A DNA stretch of 45,132 bases from an uncultured Bacilli bacterium (GCA_944332575.1 CALVKH010000001.1:1-45132); one strand, 5' to 3'. Positions 35,866 through 45,132 are shown, numbered from the stretch's first letter. Made by a program: numbers and translations. Notes: generated by a model from the letters alone, not told the origin.

Positions 35866-36817
35866 ATTCTAAACCATATAATCCATTTTCACATCTATTA
35901 CCCCAAGCATCTAATAATTTATTGTTTTTCTTAATACAAATAATTTCACAATGATTAGGACATTTATTACATTCGGTACCTACTGTTTCAAACTTAGTTT
36001 CTAATATATCAAAGTTAAATTCAATTTCTTCTTTTTCTTTTTGAGATAATAAAGCAATCCCTAAAGCTCCCATCAAATGTCCATTTTCATCCACAATAAT
36101 TTCTTCCCCTAGAATGTCTTGAAAAGCTTTTTTTACTCCAGCGTTTTTACTAACTCCACCTTGAAAAATAATAGGAGGGAGTATCTTTTTACCTTTACCT
36201 ACATTATTTAAATAATTATTAGCAACACTATAACAAAGTCCTGCAATAATATCTTCTTTTTTATAACCAACTCCTGCTTTATGAACCAGATCCGATTCTG
36301 CAAAAACAGTACAACGTGCAGCTATTTTAGTTGGATTATTAGAAGTAAGAGCAATGTTACCAAAATCTTTTACATCGACTCCCAATCTTTTGGCTTGACT
36401 GGACAAAAAAGATCCGGTACCAGCTGCACAAAGTGTATTCATAGCATAATCTGTTACAATTTTATTTTCGATTAATATAATTTTAGAATCCTGTCCACCA
36501 ATTTCTAAAATAGTTCTAACATTTGGATATTTTGAGATAGTACCAACCGCGTGAGCTGTTATTTCGTTTTTTATGGTTTTAGCCCCTAAAATGGTCCCTA
36601 TTAATTTTCGAGCACTTCCCGTCGTACCAACATGAACAATTTTATATTTATTACTATCAAATCCATCCTTTAAAATTGTAATTAGTTCTTTTACTGCATT
36701 AAGGGGATTACCTTTAGTTTCAATATAACTACTTCTTACAATATTGTTGTTTTCATCAATAATAACACCTTTTGTTGAAATAGAACCTATATCAACACCT
36801 AACGCACATTTAATCAC
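35864..36817 (-). CDS. BcrAD/BadFG-family ATPase (acyl-CoA dehydratase activase, HgdC-like) with a Cys-rich C-terminal extension
   Basis: GTG start with AAGGAGG RBS. 'LGVDIGSISTKGVI' phosphate-1 motif. 'EIGGQDSK'. Cluster-bridging Cys contexts 'LCAAGTGSF' and 'ARCTVFAESD'. C-terminal 'CNKCPNHCEIIC'. Confidence 0.85.
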   Translation of the reverse strand: MIKCALGVDIGSISTKGVIIDENNNIVRSSYIETKGNPLNAVKELITILKDGFDSNKYKIVHVGTTGSARKLIGTILGAKTIKNEITAHAVGTISKYPNVRTILEIGGQDSKIILIENKIVTDYAMNTLCAAGTGSFLSSQAKRLGVDVKDFGNIALTSNNPTKIAARCTVFAESDLVHKAGVGYKKEDIIAGLCYSVANNYLNNVGKGKKILPPIIFQGGVSKNAGVKKAFQDILGEEIIVDENGHLMGALGIALLSQKEKEEIEFNFDILETKFETVGTECNKCPNHCEIICIKKNNKLLDAWGNRCENGLYGLE

Positions 36818-37886
36818 TATTATCCTCCTTTTTCATTTTTAACATATCATAAAATGCTTCTAGTCTAGTTTTTATTCCTTCTTCACTAGTTTGAGTATCA
36901 AATGAAAAGAAAATTATTGGCATTTTATAATCAGAGCATACTTTTTTTATGATTGGTATGGCACCAACTTCTGGAGTACAGCCAAAAGGTTTAATATGTA
37001 TTAATCCATCATATCCATCATCAATTAATTTCTTAGCTCGATAAATATTATCTAATCCATCTGCACCAATAGTGTACTTCATATATTCTTTTGTATATTT
37101 CAACATTTTTTTAGTATGAAGTCTCTTCTTAATCAATAAATAAGTAACATTAGTAAAACGTTTTACTTCTATATTCATTTTAGCTAATTCTTTTTCTAAA
37201 AAATAACTAGAAAACTCCTCCATCGAAGTATATAATTCTCCGATAACGCCAACTTTTAAACAATTTTGAGGTTTATTAATTTTTAATTTTTTAAATTTTC
37301 TTTTATATTTAAAATATTTACATGTTAATTTAAAAAAACTATTACATTTGGTAAACTCTTTTAACATCCTTTTCTGCAAAATTTGAAAACTATCTTTATA
37401 CACTTCAAATCCTACATTTTTTCTTATATAGTCATCAATATTGTCCATATAATTAATCATTAATAAAGTAAGTAGAGTATAATAAGCAAATTTAAAAAAT
37501 GATAATTTAGGATTTAATTTTTTAAAAGTATGATATAAATATTTGGGTGTAAATTTATCTGTATTAACTAGGTTATAAAATTCAAAACTATAACCTAGAC
37601 TTCTTAAAATGACCTCTTGCACTTCAGCATAATATCCATACCTACAACCACCACCAGCTTGGATTAAAATATTGGCGCCACTATCTAATGCCTCAATAAA
37701 ATTACCTAAATTATATTTAAATGGTAGACATACAAAATCTGGGCTATATTTACTTCCTAATTCCAGTGTTTTTTTAGTGATTGGTGGAGCAGGTACTATT
37801 TTTACTTTTAACAACTTATTTAATAAATAATTAATTGGTATGTAATAATTTCCTAAATGAGGAAAACTTACTTTTTTATCATCCAT
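36810..37886 (-). CDS. Acyl-CoA dehydratase activase-related protein (2-hydroxyacyl-CoA dehydratase/BCR-like subunit)
   Basis: Start refined to the ATG at 37886 (AAGGTG RBS). 'FPHLGNYYIP...ELGSKYSPDFVCLPFKYNLGNFIEAL...GGGCRYGYY' fits the pattern of this family. Confidence 0.7.
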   Translation of the reverse strand: MDDKKVSFPHLGNYYIPINYLLNKLLKVKIVPAPPITKKTLELGSKYSPDFVCLPFKYNLGNFIEALDSGANILIQAGGGCRYGYYAEVQEVILRSLGYSFEFYNLVNTDKFTPKYLYHTFKKLNPKLSFFKFAYYTLLTLLMINYMDNIDDYIRKNVGFEVYKDSFQILQKRMLKEFTKCNSFFKLTCKYFKYKRKFKKLKINKPQNCLKVGVIGELYTSMEEFSSYFLEKELAKMNIEVKRFTNVTYLLIKKRLHTKKMLKYTKEYMKYTIGADGLDNIYRAKKLIDDGYDGLIHIKPFGCTPEVGAIPIIKKVCSDYKMPIIFFSFDTQTSEEGIKTRLEAFYDMLKMKKEDNSD

Positions 37887-38793
37887 GTTTGACACCTTTT
37901 TTCATATTAATAATATCGATAAAACTTTCTAATCTTGTAATTAGTCCAGAAGAGTTATTTAATTCGTCAATAATAATAGAAATAATAGGAATATCTTTTA
38001 CTTTTTTTGTTATCATTTCATTACTTAATGAATCCGGACCGCATGGGAAAGTTGTTATTAAAATAATACCATCTACATAATTCTTATAATGATTGATTGC
38101 GCCCATTAATTCTTTATTATAAGTCCAATAGATAGAATTACTTATTGAACTTGCTTCATAATTGGCCTTTATATTATCGTATATATCTGAAAATATAGGA
38201 TCTATATGGTTTTCTTTTAAATATTCAATAATTGGTAAACCGATCAAATTATCATATAAATTATATGAATGTGATACTAATAATACTTTAGGATATTTAC
38301 TTTTTAAAACGATATTTTGTTCTCTTAATTTTTTAGCTAATAAATCTTTTTCTATTTTTTTAGCTTTTAAATAAGCTTTTTTTGCTTCTTTTTTACTTTT
38401 ACCTAATTCTAACCCCATATTAATAAAAGAATCCATTTCATTTATTCCTTTATCAATATCGACATTATAATTAATTATTTTAGTTTTAAAAGTATTGTTA
38501 ACTAAATCATATAAAAGAGCAAAATTAGTACACATTTTTTCTTTTTTCTTAATACTTATTAATCTAGGGATCAAAATATAGTCGGCTTTTCCTATTAATG
38601 AATTAACATGTCCAAGATAAAGTTTTAATGATAGACACGCTTCGTCTTGAGCCAAGTGACATCCATCTTCTAATATTTTTTTATTACTTTTATTACTAAT
38701 TATTACATTACAATCTAGTTCTTTGAAAAAATTAATCCACAAATCTTTGTATTTATGGAATAATAGGGCATTTGGTATTCCAATTGTAATCAT
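37879..38793 (-). CDS. Acyl-CoA dehydratase activase-related protein (DUF2229-like subunit)
   Basis: GGAGGG RBS. 'ITIGIPNALLFHKYKDLWINFFKELDCNVIIS...EDGCHLAQDEACLSLKLYLGHV' fits the DUF2229 N-terminal pattern. Confidence 0.7.
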   Translation of the reverse strand: MITIGIPNALLFHKYKDLWINFFKELDCNVIISNKSNKKILEDGCHLAQDEACLSLKLYLGHVNSLIGKADYILIPRLISIKKKEKMCTNFALLYDLVNNTFKTKIINYNVDIDKGINEMDSFINMGLELGKSKKEAKKAYLKAKKIEKDLLAKKLREQNIVLKSKYPKVLLVSHSYNLYDNLIGLPIIEYLKENHIDPIFSDIYDNIKANYEASSISNSIYWTYNKELMGAINHYKNYVDGIILITTFPCGPDSLSNEMITKKVKDIPIISIIIDELNNSSGLITRLESFIDIINMKKGVKHG

Positions 38794-38885
38794 TTTTTCC
38801 CTCCATTTCAGTATACTAAAGTAACAACGTATTTATGATAGTTTTATAATTTTTACGAAAAACATAGTAACAAATGCTTATTATA

Positions 38886-38894
38886 TGTTATAAT
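38886..38894 (+). promoter_or_regulatory. Extended -10 promoter candidate (TGtTATAAT)
   Basis: Lies 26 nt upstream of the 38920 start. Confidence 0.3.
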
Positions 38895-38919
38895 AAAAGA
38901 GTATTGAGGAGGTTTTATT

Positions 38920-39420
38920 GTGGAAAAGAAAAAAACTTTTAATAAAGAAAAATTTCAAACAGGAGTAATAATAGTTTTATCTTTAATTATTGTGTTTGGT
39001 TTAGCTTATTTTGTTCCAGAATTAAAGAATTGTGGTACTTGTAGTGAAGAGAAGAGTATAACTGAAATTACTATGGATGAGTATAGAACTTTATTAAGTG
39101 GAGAAGAGGTATCATTAATTTACATTGCTAGTCCTACATGTGCTTACTGTGCTCAACAAGAACCAATTATGAAACAATTAGTTAATGAATATGATGTACC
39201 AGTAAATTATTTAAATGTAAATAATATTACTAGCGATGAAGCTAATGAGTTATATTCTGCCTATGGTGATATGCAAGAAGAAAGATACGAAACAGATGGT
39301 GTTAGAACTCCAACAATTTTACTAGTTCAAAAAGGAGAAGTTATCGATATGAATCTTAGTACAATTTCTCTTAATGAATTAGTAGAGTTATTACAAAAAT
39401 ATATGACGATAGAGGAGTAA
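38920..39420 (+). CDS. Membrane-anchored thioredoxin-family protein
   Basis: GTG start with GAGGAGG RBS. N-terminal TM, CxxC 'CAYC', cis-Pro region 'RTPTILLV'. Paralogous in layout to the 13969..14394 protein. Confidence 0.75.
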   Translation: MEKKKTFNKEKFQTGVIIVLSLIIVFGLAYFVPELKNCGTCSEEKSITEITMDEYRTLLSGEEVSLIYIASPTCAYCAQQEPIMKQLVNEYDVPVNYLNVNNITSDEANELYSAYGDMQEERYETDGVRTPTILLVQKGEVIDMNLSTISLNELVELLQKYMTIEE

Positions 39421-39425
39421 TCATT

Positions 39426-39869
39426 ATGAATGACGTTTATGAAAAAGTAAAAGAATTTAAAACTAAGCATCCTATGACTGTAGCATGGAGATTAAAAGCT
39501 AATTCTAAAGTAGTTCAAAAACATATGAATCCAGATGAGCATGTTATTTATGCTTTTGCTGCTCAAAAGAGTAAAAGTTCACTTGATATCTTTTCTACCG
39601 CAGTAGTTGTACTTACTAATAAACGTATTTTAATAGGAAGAAAAAGAGTAGTATTTGGATACTTTCTAGATACAGTTACTCCAGATATGTTTAATGATTT
39701 AAAGGTTGTATCTAATATATTGTGGGGGAAAGTGTTTGTAGATACAGTAAAAGAATTTATTGTTTTGTCTAATATTGATAAAAACGCTTTAGATGAAATC
39801 GAAACTAATATTTCAAGCTATATGTTAGAGGAGAAGAAATTATATCCTAATCGTCAAGAAAATGAATAA
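39426..39869 (+). CDS. Bacterial PH-domain-like protein (tentative)
   Basis: 147 aa. '...VVLTNKRILIGRKRVVFGYF' resembles the bPH/YokE-like fold signature. Weak, from memory only. Confidence 0.35.
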   Translation: MNDVYEKVKEFKTKHPMTVAWRLKANSKVVQKHMNPDEHVIYAFAAQKSKSSLDIFSTAVVVLTNKRILIGRKRVVFGYFLDTVTPDMFNDLKVVSNILWGKVFVDTVKEFIVLSNIDKNALDEIETNISSYMLEEKKLYPNRQENE

Positions 39870-39874
39870 AATGA

Positions 39875-39903
39875 AAAATAGTTGTTTTAACAACTATTTT
39901 TTT
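39875..39903 (+). terminator. Rho-independent terminator
   Basis: AAAATAGTTGTT / AACAACTATTTT stem followed by TTT. Confidence 0.55.
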
Positions 39904-39926
39904 GCTATACTAATATTGGTGATAGT

Positions 39927-41147
39927 ATGAAGAAAATAATTAATTTTATTATTGTTCTAGCTATATTATTTTTAGTATTTCAATTTGGAATAACTTTTTT
40001 TAAGAATAAGCATACAGTAGAATATAATTTAAAAGTGAATAATGAAGAAGTAAAAATTCATGAAGAATACTATAAAGATAAGGAAAGTGATTATTACTTT
40101 TTTAGATTAAATATAGGGGATGATGCTTTTGTCTTTGATGTTGATAATAGTTTTAATAAACAAAAGAAAGTAATTAGTGATATTAAATTATATAAAAAAG
40201 ATGAATTAGTATGTATTTCTCCAATTTATATTAAAAATAATAATGATGCACAAATTTTCTGTAATGTTGATAATCAACAATATTCTTATACTAGTATTAA
40301 AGATAAATATAATTTAAATGAATTTATTGATACTTTAGATAATTTTGATGCAAGTAAGTATGAATCTAATGATAATACTAATAGTAGTCTTGGTAATTCT
40401 TGGGTATATAAAGATAATATGTATTCTAATGAAATATTAATTATTTATGAATATAATGATCTATTAAAAATAACTAAGCCATCTAATGAAAGAATTGATT
40501 TCGCAGATTATGATATTTATAATAATGAACTTGGAATTTTAATAGATAAATATTATATATTACCAACTTTTGAAGATCGTCCTGAATATAGAGGATTTAC
40601 TATTATTAATATTTTGAATGAAGAAAAAGAATATTTATATTTTGATAATGCAACTTCTACTAACCTTTATATTAATGGAGTAGTAGACAATAAATTATAT
40701 TTGTTTGATAAAAGTAATTTAGTGCAATATGAAATAGATCCAGAAGAAAAAACTTATCGCATAACTGGTAATAATTCTACTGGAGCCCAATATTATGATG
40801 GAGAATGGACAACTAGAAATATTTATGATTTTTCAAGGCAAGAATTAACTTTCAGTAAAGAGTTTCCACTGAAAGATAACTATGTAGAAGCTTTTGAATC
40901 AGATAAATATTATTATTACTATAATAGTGATAATGAATTTTATAAGGTGTATAAAAAAGACTTAGATAATAGAATTTATTTATTTAAATTTGATGATATG
41001 AAGGAAGTAAATGTGGTAAATAATTATATTTATTTTATAAATAATACTACTTTATATCGTTATGATGATACAGGAATAAAAAAATTATTGACTAATAAAG
41101 AATTCCAATATAATTATAACAATATATATAGTGCTTATTTTGAATAG
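39927..41147 (+). CDS. N-terminally anchored extracellular protein, possibly beta-propeller (DUF5050-like) (tentative)
   Basis: TM at the N-terminus. Repeated Y/N-rich strands such as 'NNYIYFINNTTLYRYDDTG'. No catalytic motif seen. Confidence 0.45.
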   Translation: MKKIINFIIVLAILFLVFQFGITFFKNKHTVEYNLKVNNEEVKIHEEYYKDKESDYYFFRLNIGDDAFVFDVDNSFNKQKKVISDIKLYKKDELVCISPIYIKNNNDAQIFCNVDNQQYSYTSIKDKYNLNEFIDTLDNFDASKYESNDNTNSSLGNSWVYKDNMYSNEILIIYEYNDLLKITKPSNERIDFADYDIYNNELGILIDKYYILPTFEDRPEYRGFTIINILNEEKEYLYFDNATSTNLYINGVVDNKLYLFDKSNLVQYEIDPEEKTYRITGNNSTGAQYYDGEWTTRNIYDFSRQELTFSKEFPLKDNYVEAFESDKYYYYYNSDNEFYKVYKKDLDNRIYLFKFDDMKEVNVVNNYIYFINNTTLYRYDDTGIKKLLTNKEFQYNYNNIYSAYFE

Positions 41148-41192
41148 GCACTTTTATTTTGTCATATCATATAATCTATTAGGAGGATTATA

Positions 41193-41645
41193 ATGATAAA
41201 TAGATATACGGTTGGCGAGAATGAAAATGTTGATGATATAGCTAGAAAATTTGGAGTGTCAACAATTGATATAGTGAAAGCTAATAATTTAAATAGCTAT
41301 TATTTAAAACCTGGAACAGTATTAATCATTCCTGAACAAAGTGATAGTGTTTTTTTAGATTATGTGGTAAAAAAAGGTGATAGTTTATATAGTGTTGCAG
41401 AAAATTTTAATACCGATCCAGTTATACTATCAGAAATAAATGGATTAAAGTTATACGATTATATTTATCCTAATCAAGTAATAATTGTACCAAAAGAAAA
41501 CACTAAGCTTTATATAACTAAAGAAGGGGATACAATAAATAGTTTAATAGATAGTGGAACTCTTTCTTTAGAAGATTTACAAAGATATAATAAAAACCTT
41601 TATTTAATACCTGAACAACTAATAATAAGTGTAGACCGAAAATAA
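41193..41645 (+). CDS. Triple-LysM-domain protein
   Basis: Three LysM repeats ('YTVGENENVDDIARKFGVS...', 'YVVKKGDSLYSVAENFNTD...', 'YITKEGDTINSLID...'). No signal peptide is evident. Confidence 0.85.
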   Translation: MINRYTVGENENVDDIARKFGVSTIDIVKANNLNSYYLKPGTVLIIPEQSDSVFLDYVVKKGDSLYSVAENFNTDPVILSEINGLKLYDYIYPNQVIIVPKENTKLYITKEGDTINSLIDSGTLSLEDLQRYNKNLYLIPEQLIISVDRK

Positions 41646-41676
41646 GCAATCAAATACCAATCTTTGATTGCTTTTT
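41644..41676 (+). terminator. Rho-independent terminator
   Basis: AAGCAATCAAA / TTTGATTGCTT stem followed by TTT. Confidence 0.55.
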
Positions 41677-41750
41677 ATAAAAAAAATAACTTAAATTGCA
41701 ATAAAATGATTTATATAATATAATAATACTATAATAAGGAGGATATCAAT

Positions 41751-43352
41751 ATGATCTTAAGAAAGCCATATGCATTTTTAATTAAGAATTTTAAACTAAT
41801 TCATTTAATATTAACTGGTATTCTTATTTATATTTGCTATAAAAGTTATAAAATTTTATCCTTCTTTAATACTTATATCGCTTCCACAAGACATGATGTG
41901 ATAGATGGATTAAGTGCTAATTACTTAGGCCCTTTAATTTATATAGCAATAATATTTGTTATATTGATTAGTGTTATTATCTTTTTATTAATGAAAAATA
42001 AAGATAAACCATATAAATATTATTTAGCTGCTATTATTTATTATTTTCTACTTATTATTGGGCTTATTTTTATTAGTTTACAACTTGATAATATATCTTA
42101 TAACAGAATCAATACTATGTTATTAAGAATAAGTAGGGATTTATCTTTAGTATTATTTTTAGCCCAAATACCATTTATTATTATTTCTTTAATAAGAGCA
42201 ATAGGATTTAACATTAAGAAATTTAATTTTCAAAGAGATTTAATGGAATTACAGGTTGATGAAAAGGACAATGAAGAATTTGAACTTGATATTGATATTG
42301 ATTCTGATGATGTTAAGACTAGATTTCGTCGAAGATTTAGAATTATAAAATATGTCTTAAAAGAAAACAAATTAATTGTTTTAGCTTTGATAGGAATAAT
42401 TTTAATAGTTAGTGGTTCTATTTTATATAACAATATGTATGTTAAAAACAAAGTGTATCAAGAACAAGAGATATTTAAATCTAATGGATTAGAAATGTAT
42501 GTGATAGATAGTTATCAATTAGATACTGATAGCTTTGGTAACGATATTTCATCAGGTGAATATAGTTATTTGGTAGCAAGAATATCTATTAAAAATATAT
42601 CAGATAATACTATTTCTCTTGGTACTGAGAACTTTGAATTAAGTGTGGATGGTGAAAAATATCGAACTAATAATAGATATAATGAGTATTTTATAGGATT
42701 AGGAGATACTAGTAGTACTATAACATTGGAAAGTAATGAAGAAGATATGTTTATTTTGGTTTATAGAATAGATCAAGAGTTAGTAGAAAGCAATAAGAGA
42801 TTGGAATTTGTTAGTGGATATACAGTAAATGGTGGAGAAAGAATTTATCATTATATTAATATAAATTTAAAATCTAAAACGAAAGGTGAAGAAACGAAAG
42901 TAAAAGAAGCAGCACTTAACGAAAAATTGACCTTTGAAGGAAGTATCTTAAAAAATAGTAGTATTACTATAAATAGTGTAGAAATAGAAGATAGATTTTT
43001 ATATACTTATCAGCAATGTATAAGAGAAGAATGTTATACTTTTAATAATTATGTTGTACCTAAAGTTAACACAAGTAGAGATATGACTGTAATGAAATTA
43101 GATTTTGATTTAGAGTTAGATGATAGTTTATATAATGATAAGTTAGCAAATAATTTTATTTCTACTTTAGGACATATTAGATATGTAATTGATGATAAAG
43201 AATATACGCAAAGTATAGAAATAGCGAATATTACTCCTGATGTAGTTAATAGCAGTATGTATTATGAAATAAGTGGAGATGCAAAAGATGCTGACAAAGT
43301 ATATTTAGATATTATCGTTTTAGATAAAGTATATACTTATACATTAAAATAA
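41751..43352 (+). CDS. Polytopic membrane protein with a large extracellular C-terminal domain (unknown function)
   Basis: About 5 TM helices in the first 230 aa, an acidic linker, then a beta-rich domain of about 300 aa. Confidence 0.5.
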   Translation: MILRKPYAFLIKNFKLIHLILTGILIYICYKSYKILSFFNTYIASTRHDVIDGLSANYLGPLIYIAIIFVILISVIIFLLMKNKDKPYKYYLAAIIYYFLLIIGLIFISLQLDNISYNRINTMLLRISRDLSLVLFLAQIPFIIISLIRAIGFNIKKFNFQRDLMELQVDEKDNEEFELDIDIDSDDVKTRFRRRFRIIKYVLKENKLIVLALIGIILIVSGSILYNNMYVKNKVYQEQEIFKSNGLEMYVIDSYQLDTDSFGNDISSGEYSYLVARISIKNISDNTISLGTENFELSVDGEKYRTNNRYNEYFIGLGDTSSTITLESNEEDMFILVYRIDQELVESNKRLEFVSGYTVNGGERIYHYININLKSKTKGEETKVKEAALNEKLTFEGSILKNSSITINSVEIEDRFLYTYQQCIREECYTFNNYVVPKVNTSRDMTVMKLDFDLELDDSLYNDKLANNFISTLGHIRYVIDDKEYTQSIEIANITPDVVNSSMYYEISGDAKDADKVYLDIIVLDKVYTYTLK

Positions 43353-43354
43353 CG

Positions 43355-43376
43355 AAAAGACTTCAAAGTCTTTTTT
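43355..43376 (+). terminator. Rho-independent terminator
   Basis: AAAAGACTT / AAGTCTTTT stem followed by a T-run. Confidence 0.5.
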
Positions 43377-43423
43377 CCTTTAGAAAAAAGAAAGAAAATG
43401 TTATAATAAAAATAGGTGGTAGT

Positions 43424-44854
43424 ATGAATAAATTTAGATGCGAAAACTGTGGATATATTTATAATTCAATCGATGAAATAGACCATTGTCTATTGTGCGA
43501 TGGCACAAAAAAGAATATTCTTCCATGGAATGAAAAAGAAGGATTCATTAAAGAAGAACGAGAAAAGAAAAGAGTATGGGTTTCTGATTTAAATCCTAGT
43601 ATTGCAAGAATAGAAGAATTATGTATTGATTGTGGAATGTGTCAGAAAGTATGCACAGAACAGATTAATATTTCTTATGATAAACAAAAAGCTGATAATC
43701 CTATCTGTATTAATTGTGGACAATGCATTATTAATTGTCCTACCAAAGCATTAGTACCTAAATATGATTATAAAAAAGTTTTAGATTATTTAAATGATAC
43801 AGATTATACGGTGACTATTTCAGTAGCACCTTCCGTAAGAGTAGCAATAGGGGATTTATTTGGTTTTGAACCTGGTTCTTTTCTAGAAGGTAAATTAGTT
43901 AGTGCTTTAAGAAAATTAAAATTTGATTATGTATTTGATTTAACTTTTGGAGCGGATATGACTATCATGGAGGAAGCTAGTGAATTAATAGAGCGAGTTA
44001 AGAAAAAAGAAAATCTTCCTCAGTTTACCTCTTGTTGTCCCGCATGGATTAAATATTGTGAAATATTTCACGATGAATTAATACCTAATTTATCTACTAC
44101 CAAGAGTCCTATTAGTATTCAAGGTTCATTAATAAATTCTTATTTTGTTGAATATAACAATATTGATAAAGATAAAATTATCAATGTTATGGTGGCTCCT
44201 TGTGTCGCTAAAAAATATGAAATAAAAAGAAAAGAACTCCCTGGTATGAATTATGTTATTACTACTCAAGAATTAGTTATGATGTTAAAAGAATGCGAAG
44301 TAGATTTTAATAACTTAAGCGATGATTCCTTTGATTCGCTTATGGAACGAGGTAGTAGTAGTGGATTAATTTTTGGTACTAGTGGGGGAGTAATGGAGGC
44401 ATCACTTAGAACGATGTACTACTTAATGACTAAAAGGAAAGCCCCTAACAATTTCTATAATTTAGAAGAAGTACGAGGAGTAGAAGGAATAAAAGAAGCG
44501 AAGATAAATATTGATGACTTACAGTTCAAAGTAGCAGTTGTGAATGGTATGAAGAATTTAGAAGAAATATTAAAAAGACAAGAGGAATATACTTATATAG
44601 AAGTTATGAATTGTCCAGGTGGATGTATTGGAGGAGGAGGGCAACCATTGTTACCTATAAATAAAAATAAGGACTATATAAAAGCAAGAATGAATTCGCT
44701 ATATAAGAATGATAGTGAATCTAAAATAAGAGATTGTTATGAGAATAAAGATGTAATAGATGTGTATAATTCTTATTTAGGATATCCTTTAAGTAAGAGA
44801 GCAATTGAATTACTTCATACATCATATAAAAGTAAGAAGAATATGTTTAAATAA
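43424..44854 (+). CDS. [FeFe]-hydrogenase catalytic subunit with an N-terminal rubredoxin-like Cys4 module and two ferredoxin-type [4Fe-4S] motifs
   Basis: H-cluster motifs 'FTSCCPAW', 'VAPCVAKKYE', 'EVMNCPGGCIGGGGQP'. Ferredoxin motifs 'CIDCGMCQKVC' and 'CINCGQCIINCP'. N-terminal 'CENCG...CLLCDG'. Confidence 0.92.
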   Translation: MNKFRCENCGYIYNSIDEIDHCLLCDGTKKNILPWNEKEGFIKEEREKKRVWVSDLNPSIARIEELCIDCGMCQKVCTEQINISYDKQKADNPICINCGQCIINCPTKALVPKYDYKKVLDYLNDTDYTVTISVAPSVRVAIGDLFGFEPGSFLEGKLVSALRKLKFDYVFDLTFGADMTIMEEASELIERVKKKENLPQFTSCCPAWIKYCEIFHDELIPNLSTTKSPISIQGSLINSYFVEYNNIDKDKIINVMVAPCVAKKYEIKRKELPGMNYVITTQELVMMLKECEVDFNNLSDDSFDSLMERGSSSGLIFGTSGGVMEASLRTMYYLMTKRKAPNNFYNLEEVRGVEGIKEAKINIDDLQFKVAVVNGMKNLEEILKRQEEYTYIEVMNCPGGCIGGGGQPLLPINKNKDYIKARMNSLYKNDSESKIRDCYENKDVIDVYNSYLGYPLSKRAIELLHTSYKSKKNMFK

Positions 44855-44886
44855 AAGAAGTTGTTTGAATAAAATAACTTCTTTTT
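44854..44886 (+). terminator. Rho-independent terminator
   Basis: AAAGAAGTT / AACTTCTTT stem followed by TT. Confidence 0.5.
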
Positions 44887-44952
44887 ACCTATTATTTAAG
44901 AGTAATTATATTGACAGATTTTTAAAAATATGAGAAAATTTAAATACATTGT

Positions 44953-44981
44953 GCGACAATATATTTGTTGTAACATATAAT
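44953..44981 (+). promoter_or_regulatory. Promoter candidate for tRNA-Cys, GCGACA-17-TATAAT
   Basis: The consensus -10 ends 6 nt before the mature tRNA 5' end. The -35 matches 4/6. Confidence 0.4.
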
Positions 44982-44986
44982 ATTAT

Positions 44987-45060
44987 GGGTCTATAGCCAA
45001 GTGGTAAGGCATGGGACTGCAACTCCCTGAGCGTTGGTTCAAATCCGACTAGGCCCTCCA
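44987..45060 (+). tRNA. tRNA-Cys (anticodon GCA), CCA encoded
   Basis: Hand-folded cloverleaf: acceptor GGGTCTA/TAGGCCC, D arm GCC-AAGTGGTAA-GGC, anticodon loop CTGCAAC, T arm GTTGG-TTCAAAT-CCGAC, discriminator T, 3' CCA. 74 nt. Confidence 0.92.
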
Positions 45061-45132
45061 TTGGGAAATCTGTTCGAACTTTATGTTTGAACTTAACATA
45101 TAGAATATCAATTTCTAAAAGAAGTTGATATT

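Noticed and set aside
45072-45092. Hairpin GTTCGAAC-TTTAT-GTTTGAAC after tRNA-Cys as a terminator.
   Set aside because: The stem is only 8 bp including a G-U pair, and no T-run follows (TTAACAT). It is too weak to call and the window ends shortly afterwards.

Overview
AT-rich window (about 30% G+C judged by eye, not computed) that looks like a Bacillota chromosome, Erysipelotrichia- or Clostridia-like. The standard genetic code applies, because TGA acts as a stop in several ATGA gene overlaps. Nearly all of the sequence is coding.

Left part (1-13.2 kb): envelope and housekeeping genes. These are a GT2/DUF2304-like/GtrA/large-membrane-protein surface-glycosylation module, an anchored Amidase_3 cell-wall amidase, pyrG, a pentapeptide-repeat protein, a DAG-kinase-family lipid kinase, two more glycosyltransferases and a helicase IV-like UvrD-family helicase.

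Centre (about 13.3-35.8 kb): the most interesting region. It is a co-directional island of about 21 kb. A Tad/Flp-type (type IVc) pilus operon (CpaB-like, CpaF/TadA ATPase, TadB/TadC-like platform proteins, a tiny pilin candidate, a TadE-like protein, a TadZ-like protein and Cys-rich secreted proteins) runs directly into a Gram-positive-type type IV secretion gene set. That set has a VirB2-like pilin, VirB6/TrbL-like, PrgI/VirB3-like, a VirB4 split into two ORFs, an M23+GH24 wall hydrolase, two small anchored proteins and a VirD4/TraG coupling protein. I can recognise no relaxase, integrase or replication gene anywhere in the window. Membrane-tethered thioredoxins sit near the island.

Right part (35.9-45.1 kb): a three-gene BCR/HAD-type activase/dehydratase-like cluster, a thioredoxin, a PH-like protein, LysM and other envelope proteins, an [FeFe]-hydrogenase and tRNA-Cys(GCA).

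No CRISPR array, rRNA or transposase was seen. All functional calls rest on motifs read by eye and on gene context; no database search was run.
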